A DNA stretch of 62,886 nucleotides, the filler included, from Octopus bimaculoides (lineage: Eukaryota), in NCBI RefSeq assembly GCF_001194135.2. It is 4 parts of 4 records of this genome, joined end to end, with 100 filler letters (N's around TTAATTAATTAA, not from the genome) between each part and the next. Parts side by side here need not be neighbours in the genome. Positions count along the whole stretch, not along the records: positions 51,994 to 62,886 come from NC_068991.1; 3 more parts are not named here. One strand, 5' to 3'. The position numbers were made by a program, and so were the translations under genes. Shown here piece by piece: positions 52,296-62,886 of the stretch. The first letter of the stretch is position 1, and every line of letters starts with the position of its first letter. A model generated the notes under the pieces. That model was not told the DNA's origin and did not search any database. It saw only the letters and a list, made by a program, of their open reading frames with translations.

Positions 52296-54115
52296 CTTAA
52301 AAAATTATGTCATTTTAGTCCCAAGCAAGGCCAGGTATCTCTGCTAGTATATATGTATGTGTGTGTGTGTGTGTAAATGTAGTGGCTTCATGCAGGCATA
52401 GCGTGGATTCGATCCTCGATAGCCAAATTTCATTTAACAGTTCAACACCACTTTTCTCACGGTAAAACAATAGTTTTTCTGTGAGCGACAGCAGTTTCAT
52501 TTGCTGGATAGCTTCGCTAAGCCGGAATAATGTCTTCGCCACTTGACCCTTCTAACTTCTTCTTCACCAATAGCTAGAATGGAGATATCACAGACCTCCA
52601 ACGAAATCTATTGTTCTCAACAATATGTCTATCTTTCTAATGACTTTTGGATAGTTATATATACTAGAATTTGGCAAGGCAGAATTAGTTAGTGAACGGA
52701 CAACTAGAGTCATGGCCACAAGCAGGCAGCCACTAGAGACCAAACGGCCAGAGGGAGAAAGAAAGTTACAATTAACGACTATGTGAGACAACTTCCTTCG
52801 ACTCTCTCACTTTCACTAACTCTCTTTTCTCTGCAACATTAGCATATCTCTCTCTATATGTTATAATGAGATCGTGTACACACATACCGGCCGAAATTAA
52901 CTCTTTTTTTTTTACCTCGTATGCTTTTCCATTTACTAGTTATACATACCAACCCGTCGTGGTTTTGGATATATACAAGGTAACAATAAATAAAAATCTC
53001 TTTACAACTTCAATCACTGTTCTTCCATCTTGCACACTGGTAACCAACATCTTAACAACAACTGTTACAACGTCTGCAACTAAATACAATACTGTTACAC
53101 ACACATATNNNNNNNNNNNNNNNNNNNNNNNNNNNNNNNNNNNNNNNNNNNNNNNNNNNNNNNNATATATATATATATATATAAATAAAGAAGTTGAGAA
53201 TGCAGTGAGATCGTTTAGATTTTATTTAAAATCTTTTAATGACAACTGATTTCACAGATTTCTCTGATTTTCAAAAATTGAGATAGACTAAAGATTCTTC
53301 AAGGCTGCATTCTAATGACTGAAAGAAATAAAAGATAAAAGAAGAATCGAGAACGAGCAGTCCCAGACGGAATCTTCTTTACCTAAAAGTGATGTCATAC
53401 TCACAGGAATGATGAGTATGACACCACACTGGTGGTGGAATTATTCAACTTCACTGAATCAGATTATAAATTCATCTTTACACAGGTACCATCTTGGCTG
53501 GTTGGTTAAGAAGTTGCCACCGCTTGACTAATACCTTATGGCTGAAGTTATATGCATGTACGTACGTAGGCATATGTGTTCGTACCTACATAAGACAGGC
53601 TTCTCCAGAAACTATCCACCTGATTCTCGTCACAAGACATTAGGCAATTGGAGGCAATGGCAAAAGACATTTGGCAGATATGCTATACAATAAGTATCGG
53701 ATCTGCATCTACACATACATGTGTGTGTGTATCTGGGAAAATTTACATTCTTATTTGGTATAGTTGAACAATTCCAACATTATATTTTTACCTCATTCCA
53801 CTCAGTATGATATCATTTTTCAATCAACAACTTTCATTCCATGATTACTCATTGTAGGTATTTTTTGTTTATCTCAAAGCAAATATTTTAAAATGTACCA
53901 TCCGTTTGTGTATGTTAAATTAACATTTAACACATGGTAAAGTAACACTGGTGTCTACAGTGGTTATGTGTACTTTAATGTAAAAACTAGAATACTGTAG
54001 CGATCTCACACAGACGACTGTTCAAGTTCACTGTTGTCACGTGCGTTATTTTAACTCAATCAGAAATTTTGAGTAATCAGAAAATAGTAATGTATGGAAG
54101 CAGCTTTTGACTATT

Positions 54116-54454
54116 TGTTGTTGTTGGCACTCCGTCGCTTACGACGGCGAGGGTTCCAGTTGATCCGATCAACAGAACAGCCTGCTCGTGAAATTAACGT
54201 GCAAGTGGCTGAGCACTCCACAGACACGTGTACACCCAACGTAGTTCTCGGGGATATTCAGCGTGACACAGTGTGACAAGGCTGACCCTTTGAATTACAG
54301 GCACAACAGAAACAGGAAAGAAAGAGTGAGAGAAAGTTGTGGTGAAAGAGTACAGCAGGGTTCGCCACCATCCCCTGCTGGAGCCTCGTGGAGCTTTAGG
54401 TGTTTTCGCTCAATAAACACTCACAACGCCCGGTCTGGGCCATTGCGCCTCCAC
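54116..54454 (-). mobile_element. SINE family D with a deleted B box
   Basis: Reverse-complement match to 32314-32669. The flanking repeat cttttgactatttgttgttgttg occurs on both sides. Confidence 0.88.
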
Positions 54455-54844
54455 TTTTGACTATTTGTTGTTGTTGNNNNNNNNNNNNNNNNNNNNNNNN
54501 NNNNNNNNNNNNNNNNNNNNNNNNNNNNNNNNNNNNNNNNNNNNNNNNNNNNNNNNNNNNNNNNNNNNNNNNNNNNNNNNNNNNNNNNNNNNNNNNNNNN
54601 NNNNNNNNNNNNNNNNNNNNNNNNNNNNNNNNNNNNNNNNNNNNNNNNNNNNNNNNNNNNNNNNNNNNNNNNNNNNNNNNNNNNNNNNNNNNNNNNNNNN
54701 NNNNNNNNNNNNNNNNNNNNNNNNNNNNNNNNNNNNNNNNNNNNNNNNNNTATTTACTCCTTTGGCTGATTAAGCAATGTAAAGCGTATTTAATCTCCAC
54801 ACCTTCGTTTTATTTGCTTTTTTCATTTTAAATTTGCTTTAACC

Positions 54845-55096
54845 AGGGTTAGGGTTAATTGTTTCAGAATCGTTTGTTTATGTAGTCGGCACTTAATGTT
54901 TATCGGCTGAATGGACGTCAGTGATTGGTTGAAATTACAGAAATATGACAACTTTAACATGGAATAACTTATGGATTTCTTTTTTTTTAAAGAAGACTAA
55001 GAGAAAAAGATGTTTTATATGACACATTCTACCAGTGTTCCAAGTTTCAAAGTGTTTCGTTAATGAAAAATGTGGCCCCCGTTTTAAAAAAGATCC
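54845..55096. mobile_element. Second copy (right half) of the 47393-48060 transposon family
   Basis: gacgtcagtgattggttgaaattacagaaat... ending gcccccgttttaaaaaagatcc. The left end is not visible. Confidence 0.8.
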
Positions 55097-55579
55097 GATT
55101 CTTTATTTGACACACCCAAAGCTATGAGTCAACCTTCGTTTAGTCTTTATAAAGACTTCTACTATTTAAAATACACATACGTTTATCTGATTGTTCTCTT
55201 TACTGAAGATTCTTTATTTCAGTGGTTTTCAACCATTTGTTGCCTATGGATGCCTTTGATTCCCGTTTTACTGAGACGGATCCTTATAACTATTCAATGC
55301 TTAAAAAAAAGAACCTGTTTGTATTTTTATAATTAAACATTATTAGGAATTGTATAAAAAATTGTTAAAATATTTTGTATATAGTACAAGTATAACCAAT
55401 TTATTGCACATAATTTTTAGCGACAAAATCTTAAGATAACCACTGCTTTATCTGTTTATACAACATTTAATTCTGTAAAATATTATTCATTGTCTTATTA
55501 AAACAAAATAACATAAAATATAATTGTAAATTTTTACAATATCCACCTGGCTTTGTAAAACACTTTAATAAGAGCTTTG

Positions 55580-56866
55580 CTTTCATGCAATACATTCCAT
55601 CGAAAAAAATCGATCATGCGGACTGCCTTTCGAGATTAATTCCAAAAAACATGGTATCACTAGAAGAGACTTGTAGCCGCACTGCATGCAGAAAGTGAAA
55701 TTAAAAGTGTTACGACGAACGTTATCCAAGAACTACCAGTGACGGCACAGAGTATAAAAATAAAAGTTCTAGGTGATGAGTATATTACGAAAAAAAAAGA
55801 AGCTTTAAAAAATAAACAGAATAAAAATTCAGATGCGAGTAGTTTTTCAATTTGTGACGATATCCTGACGCATGCCCGAACTACATTACAAAAAGGTGTA
55901 TTGCAGCAATCTCACGGTGGACATCCAGGAATGGAAAGGATGAAGGCTCTGATGAGGAGTTATGTCAATTGGCCGTCTATGGATCGAGATATCGAAAACT
56001 TGGTGAGAACGAGACGAGGTTGCGCGTTCGCAGTCAAAGCCCCACCGGTAAAATATCAATTGTGACCAGTGACTGAGAACCCATGGTTTAGGTTACACAT
56101 TGACTATGCCGGACCGGTAAACGGCGCTAACTACCTAACCATAGTAGATAGCTGTACTAAGTGGCCGGAGGTTTGTAGGTGCTATAGACCAACCTCTAAG
56201 ATAACTATAAAGTTCTTATACGAATTGTTTGCGCGATACGGTGTCCCTGACATGCTTGTTTCAGACAACGGAACGCAGTTCTCTGGGTATGAATTCAAGA
56301 ACTTCTGTAAAGGGTATGCGATAAAGCATTTCACTCCACTCTATCACCTGAGCCCAAACGGGCAGGTAGAAAGATTTGTGGACACCTTTAAGAGAGCGTT
56401 AAGAAAAGCGAGGAATGAACTGAGTAACGACGAAGCACTGACAAATTTCTTAAGAATATACAGAGTGACCCCAATCCATGTACAAATTCAGAGAAATCTC
56501 CCGCAGAATTGATGTTCGCAAGAAGAATAAAATCCATTTTTGATAAGCTATTACCAGAGAAAAATGACGTAAAGGAAATACGAAAGAACCAAATACGTCG
56601 AGGTAGGCCATAAAATGTATTTTAAAACCTATAGAAACGGTAAAGACGGCTGGGAAGATGGCCTTGTTACCAGAAAAACTGGAAGTATGATGTATCTTAT
56701 TAATGGGTCACACGGTTAACATAAGAGACATATAAACCAACTAAGGAAGAAATTCCCAAGGAAGTATTCTGTGAAATACTCGATGTACCGGTAACAAAAG
56801 TAGAACCAGCATGAGAAAAAGAAAGCAGACCGAATACCTTGAGGTAACACCCAAGCGAAAGCGATA
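55580..56866 (+). pseudogene. Ty3/Gypsy pol remnant (RNase H end and integrase)
   Basis: HADCLSRL, SHGGHPGMERMKALMRSYVNWP (zinc-finger region), RLHIDYAGP, LVSDNGTQF and NGQVERFVDTFK (DDE core). Contains stops and frameshifts. Confidence 0.92.
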
Positions 56867-57071
56867 CTACACACACACACACACACACACACACNNNNNN
56901 NNNNNNNNNNNNNNNNNNNNNNNNNNNNNNNNNNNNNNNNNNNNNNNNNNNNNNNNNNNNNNNNNNNNNNNNNNNNNNNNNNNNNNNNNNNNNNNNNNNN
57001 NNNNNNNNNNNNNNNNNNNNNNNNNNNNNNNNNNNNNNNNNNNNNNNNNNNNNNNNNNNNNNNNNNNNNNN

Positions 57072-57114
<43 letters not shown>

Positions 57115-57281
57115 CAAAGCCGACAGGAAGCGGTGCAGCTTCCTAGGGCTAAACAGCAGTAGTATGATTCTCTTCTTGGGACTGTAACGTTAAGTTGACA
57201 GCATACAACTACTTTATATATATATACATATGTGTGTGTGTGTGTATAAAATTTCTTTATTCCTTTGGAACATGCAATCTC

Positions 57282-57593
57282 AAAAGGGGAGATGTTGTGC
57301 GAAAGTACGACGCCCCGCGGTGAGAATGGATTGGACCACTACATATAAATAGTAGTGTTCTGATTGTGGAGGGACTCATGCAGCCATTTCATGTTTTTTG
57401 TCCCCATTGTGGTGTTGTGTCTGTCCTTGTAGCCTCCCCCTCTATGTTGTGGCCGTAGTGCCAAATAAAGAAATAGTAGTTGATAGTTCAAAGTTTGCAG
57501 TTCGAGTTAGCGTATTAGATTGTTGGTTCTTAAAAGATTGCTGTTACGTTCCGTGTGGTTACTGCCATTTGTTTCGATTATATTGATAATACA
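57282..57593 (+). mobile_element. Polypurine tract and 3' LTR of the Gypsy element
   Basis: AAAAGGGGAGA immediately precedes TGTTGTG (57293). TATAAATA and AATAAA are inside, and it ends ...AATACA. Confidence 0.62.
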
Positions 57594-57848
57594 CTGTTGC
57601 AGTGTCTTCGTTTATCCATAAGGATATAACAGAGAGTGTGAGAGAAAGAGAGAGAGAGAAAGAAAGAGAGACAGAGAGAGAGAAAGAAAGAGAGAGAGAG
57701 AGAGTGAGGGAGTGAGGAAGAGAGAGAGAAAGAGAGAGTGAGAGAAAGAGAGAATGAATTCAGTTGGTAATGACTAATTCGCCACTGGGATTGAAATAAC
57801 TTCGCAATGGTTCTGGAATCGATCACACAGCGCGACACTTTAAACAAG

Positions 57849-57892
<44 letters not shown>

Positions 57893-58749
57893 NNNNNNNN
57901 NNNNNNNNNNNNNNNNNNNNNNNNNNNNNNNNNNNNNNNNNNNNNNNNNNNNNNNNNNNNNNNNNNNNNNNNNNNNNNNNNNNNNNNNNNNNNNNNNNNN
58001 NNNNNNNNNNNNNNNNNNNNNNNNNNNNNNNNNNNNNNNNNNNNNNNNNNNNNNNNNNNNNNNNNNNNNNNNNNNNNNNNNNNNNNNNNNNNNNNNNNNN
58101 NNNNNNNNNNNNNNNNNNNNNNNNNNNNNNNNNNNNNNNNNNNNNNNNNNNNNNNNNNNNNNNNNNNNNNNNNNNNNNNNNNNNNNNNNNNNNNNNNNNN
58201 NNNNNNNNNNNNNNNNNNNNNNNNNNNNNNNNNNNNNNNNNNNNNNNNNNNNNNNNNNNNNNNNNNNNNNNNNNNNNNNNNNNNNNNNNNNNNNNNNNNN
58301 NNNNNNNNNNNNNNNNNNNNNNNNNNNNNNNNNNNNNNNNNNNNNNNNNNNNNNNNNNNNNNNNNNNNNNNNNNNNNNNNNNNNNNNNNNNNNNNNNNNN
58401 NNNNNNNNNNNNNNNNNNNNNNNNNNNNNNNNNNNNNNNNNNNNNNNNNNNNNNNNNNNNNNNNNNNNNNNNNNNNNNNNNNNNNNNCACACACTTGCAA
58501 ACACAGAGGTTTTGTTTATAAGGCCAAGCGCAAGATAACCTAATTTCAAATGACCGAAAAATCAGGATATCAAACTTTGAAATATTTTAGAGGAAAATTA
58601 TAAGAAAAACGGTTTTAGAAAAATGTGTTTATTTGAGAGTTTATTAACTTTCGCTATATTAACTTCTTTTCCTTAATTAACCATGCAGTTTTTGTATTAA
58701 CATTCTTTTGGATGTCACGTTGGATTACTACTATCGGGATGAAAGTGAA

Positions 58750-59081
58750 GGCCCATTTCGGTCATGAATAACCATGGAATTGCATCTAGAATGTTACCCA
58801 CCAAGGCACAAGTCCGGCCAAGGTTATTTATAGAAGACCAGCAGTCGCCCAAACATACCAGCCTCCTGTCTCCACACCACCGATGTTATCCAAAGGAAAG
58901 GCAAAGGCCGATACAGCTTGGCACTAGTGACGTTGCAGCTCATTTCTACAGCTGAGTGAACTGGAGCAATGTGAAATAAAGTGTCTTACTCAAGAACACA
59001 ACACAGCCCGGTCCAGGAATCGAACTCAATATCTTATGATTATGAGCCCGACATTCTAACCACTGAGCCATGCGCCTTCAC
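58750..59081 (-). mobile_element. tRNA-derived SINE family E, near full length
   Basis: Head gtgaaggcgcatggctcagtggttag (A box) and gagttcgattcc (B box). Confidence 0.85.
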
Positions 59082-59582
59082 TAGAATAATATTAAAAAAA
59101 AAAAAAAAAAAAANNNNNNNNNNNNNNNNNNNNNNNNNNNNNNNNNNNNNNNNNNNNNNNNNNNNNNNNNNNNNNNNNNNNNNNNNNNNNNNNNNNNNNN
59201 NNNNNNNNNNNNNNNNNNNNNNNNNNNNNNNNNNNNNNNNNNNNNNNNNNNNNNNNNNNNNNNNNNNNNNNNNNNNNNNNNNNNNNNNNNNNNNNNNNNN
59301 NNNNNNNNNNNNNNNNNNNNNNNNNNNNNNNNNNNNNNNNNNNNNNNNNNNNNNNNNNNNNNNNNNNNNNNNNNNNNNNNNNNNNNNNNNNNNNNNNNNN
59401 NNNNNNNNNNNNNNNNNNNNNNNNNNNNNNNNNNNNNNNNNNNNNNNNNNNNNNNNNNNNNNNNNNNNNNNNNNTGAAACATTCGAGTGTTTAACTTTTT
59501 CTCAATTTAAAATCCAGTGATGTCGAGTTTAGCCTTATCATCGACGAGCACAGTGCATACATAAGTACATCAGTAGATATAC

Positions 59583-60313
59583 TTATGAGACATGATGTTG
59601 TAGCTCGGACACTATATAAGGAAATCCGTCGGAAGGATAACCCCGAGGACAAAAAAATAAGAACCCACAATATGGTAGAAGCCATAGCCACTCATAATAA
59701 AAAAGAGTACTGGTGGAATGTCCAAGTGAAAACCTCAATAAAATGTAAGCATAACAGACCTGGTATAATGATTTGGGATAGAAAAGAGAAACTGTGTACA
59801 GTTGTGGAAATTAGCTGCCCAATGGATGTTAACATAAAGCTGAAGATCAGTGAAAAAGGGAATACCTACGCTGAAATATTGAGAGATCTACAGTTCCTCT
59901 ATCCAGATTGCAAGTTCAGGTTTATACCTGTAGTTATTGGGGCACTGAGATATGTAACATATTGTTTAAATACCTATCTTGAGGAAATAGGCTTCTCAAA
60001 ACCAGAAAGGAAAAAAAACTGATTCAGAGACTACAAAGCCAAGTCATCACTGGAACTGTAAATATCCAAAACTTTCCAGAAGTTTAACATATAATTATTT
60101 ATGAGCATGTCTAGATATGCAACTATATGCATGAGAAGACATACATAAAACAAAACATATGAATCTGCATGTATACATACATATATACATACAAAAATAC
60201 CCTGTTGATGTTGTTGAAATTGCAATGAAAGAGCTTTGGATCTAGGTTAGAAACTGGCCTTTTCTCTAATGGCAAGTAATCTTGAAATAAAACTGAATAA
60301 TGACATACATACA
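59583..60313 (+). mobile_element. R4/Dong-like element, 3' fragment (RHD, REL, 3' UTR, TACA tail)
   Basis: MRHDVVARTLY...NRPGIMIWD...VVEISCP...IPVVIGAL. Closely matches the 4551-5400 region and ends aataaaactgaataatgacatacataca. Confidence 0.88.
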
Positions 60314-61325
60314 GTTCATGTTTAAACTGTACACAGGTTACCTGAATATGTTTCCCCAAGACTACTGCCAAACAAATGGAGTAATAAGCGATGAACAGGC
60401 AGGAGGAAAGAGGGGAGTCTGGGGTTGTGCTGAACAGCTCCTCCTAAACAAAGTTGTCCTTAAGGAAACCAAGCAACATCTAACGATATGACTAGACTAC
60501 AAGAAGGCGTTCGACTATGTGCCCCACTCATGGGTAATAGAATCATTATACCTGCTAAAGTGCCTTCTGCTATAGTGAATGCCATTGAGACTGCAACTAG
60601 TCCACATAGTTATCACCGACAGCTACTAAAGCAAAACCTATAGTTACAAACAAAATTAAGCTATCAACAGGCATATTCCAGGCTGATGGTTTATCTTTAA
60701 TGTTGTTTGTATTGGCAGTAAACCCTTGTCAGCCCTGTTAACAAAATGCTAAGGCTGCGTGCTGGGATATGCAGAAAAGAATAAAGTTAACGTTACCCAC
60801 ACATTTTTTGTTGATGACCTAAAGTTATATTCTGGTGATATGACCAACACCAAGAGACAATTAGAACTAGTCACAACATTCTCGCGAGATATAGAATTGG
60901 AATTTGGGCAAGATAAATGCTCACACTTGACGGTCAACCGAGGGAAGATTGTCGACCAGGCAGAGAACATGGACATCAACGGCTGTTGGTGAAAGCTACA
61001 AGTATCTCGGAATCGATGAAAATGTTGCATACATTGTTGCTTTGATTAAAACCAGAATAACAAAAGAGTACTTCTGTAGACTCCGGAAAATATGGAATTC
61101 TGAGACGTCTGTATTTAACTAGACCATATCTCACAATGCTATTGCAGTACCAGTGCTAGAACTAACATTTGGGATATTGGACTGAACACTCGATGAGATA
61201 CAAAGCCTGGTCATCAAAACCAGAAAGGTACTAGACACCACTGGCAACTTCTACATTAACAGTGTCACCGATAAAATTTATGAGAGACGAAGTTATGGCG
61301 GTAGAGCTATAAGGTCAGTCCAACA
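60314..61325 (+). mobile_element. R4/Dong-like element, RT fragment
   Basis: EQAGGKRGVWGCAEQLLLNK, DYKKAFDYVPHSW, GIFQADG, FFVDDLKLY, LEFGQDKC and YGGRAIRSV. Frameshifted. Confidence 0.85.
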
Positions 61326-61499
61326 GATAATGATGATGGTGGTGATGGTGATAAGGATGATGATGGTAGTGTCTCGCAGTCGGAGAAAGACGGTTCTGCT
61401 ATTTCTTGCTGAACAACTTGCACAAATGATTTGTTTATAGCGATCAAATGTTTGTACTGTACATTAGCTCGCTCTCTCCATCAAAACAACATTTCCTGG

Positions 61500-61664
61500 A
61501 TAGGTGCTCGAGTGTATGTGCCACAAGTCAGGTGTCGAAGTGATCGCAGAGCAACGTGAAATGAAGTCGTTTTGCTCAAGAACACAATGCACCACTCGGA
61601 CCAGGAATTGAAACCACGATCTCACGATTGAGAGTGCGAAGCCCTTACCATTAGGCCATGTGCC
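61500..61664 (-). mobile_element. Decayed tRNA-derived SINE (family E-like head)
   Basis: gcaacgtgaaatgaagtcgttttgctcaagaacacaatgc...ggaccaggaattgaaacc. Confidence 0.65.
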
Positions 61665-62253
61665 CTCTCTCTCACACACACACCACTTTAATTCATCCAC
61701 TGACGCTGTTTTCCACCTCATGGTCTGTAGTGTTATTTCAAACTACGGCTCAATTGTTCCTCGCTATCATAAAGAACAACACCTCATCGTTTATCTGGGC
61801 TACTACTCCCGCTCTGACATAATAGTATGGTTACGTTCCCATACCTCCACCCTACCACATCGTATTCCACCCTTCCCCATTGCGCCCCCCATAATACACC
61901 ACACATCTCACAGATCACAAACACTATATAACAATGCATTCACATATTCTGAACGAAAACACACACACACACATACAAATACACACAGATATACGCACAG
62001 ACTCGTCTCCAAGTATAACAACTTATTTCTCATGCGTACGCGCCAGCAGACGCACGGCTACACCCAGCATCTCACCTTGCACCAACACAGCTTCAGTCAA
62101 TTACTCTACATACATTTCTCCTCACCATCATACACCACTTCACGCATAGTTACCCCTTATTTACTACACTCATTCTATTCATCGTTTTTACCACATAAAC
62201 TTATTACATCACATCTACGCACAAGCAGAACCCCTGGAGTGCGCGCGTGTGCG

Positions 62254-62290
<37 letters not shown>

Positions 62291-62886
62291 AGTGAGGCTT
62301 ACATATGGATGTAAACATGTAAACATATTTCTTTTCGCACCCCCTCCTCTCTCTGTGCACGTATGTGTGTCCATGCATGTATGTAAACAAGTATTTGTGT
62401 ACTATATATATATATATATGTATATAAATTTACACACACACACACACACATATAAATTTAGATATACCTATACATAAATTTACACACACATACTCACACA
62501 AATTTACATATACCTATATATAAATTTACACACACACACACACACACACACTCACACACACACACACACGTATATATATAGAGATAAGCAAGTTTTTAAC
62601 TAGGAGAAGCACTGCCCTGTATTCTTCTAATCATGATAATGATTTTTGCCGTTAGTAAGAAATAATCGATCTTTGTTTCAGCTCTCCTACGATTATGGTT
62701 CCTTTCAATTCTGTGTAATTTCTTACTTAAGTATCGATAAAATCGATTCCAATATTTGCTTCATATTTTGTTTCATCGATCTCAAGGAGATGAAATGCAA
62801 ATGTAATCCGGGAGCATTGATGATAATGGAAGGGAGAAGAGGGTGATGTTCTTTCTCCGCTCACGAGTGGTTGTTTATTTCTTTAA

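Noticed and set aside
53389-53427. 15-bp hairpin (gtgatgtcatactca / tgagtatgacaccac)
   Set aside because: It is too short for a pre-miRNA and lies next to decayed repeat sequence, with no supporting context.
435-59520. ORFs dominated by X residues
   Set aside because: They are read through N gaps and are not real ORFs.

Overview
AT-rich eukaryotic (animal) genomic DNA from a gappy short-read scaffold, with about 10 kb of N. The (TACA)n/(CA)n/(TA)n/(TAA)n microsatellite load and the tRNA-derived SINE families point to a coleoid cephalopod, probably Octopus (inference, not verified). I found no intact protein-coding gene, rRNA, true tRNA or CRISPR array, and most ORFs in the supplied track are microsatellite or N-run artefacts. 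The window is a transposon graveyard: two Penelope-like (RT + GIY-YIG) elements, two loci of an R4/Dong-like RLE retrotransposon bounded by (TACA)n, an L1/Tx1-like element, a Gypsy integrase + PPT + LTR remnant, three Tc1 and three mariner remnants, two GG-ended MITEs with 8-bp TSDs, a Helentron-type HINE and at least four SINE families. The best leads are: (1) a Penelope-like element with an inverted pseudo-LTR whose hammerhead-like core is split by a 470-bp insert in one copy; (2) an apparently (TACA)n-targeting RLE retrotransposon; (3) a dyad-symmetric E2F/YY1/NRF1/ETS promoter-like island at about 44.8 kb with overlapping opposite ATGs; (4) a pre-miRNA-like hairpin about 0.8 kb downstream of that island. 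None of these is a demonstrated new system.
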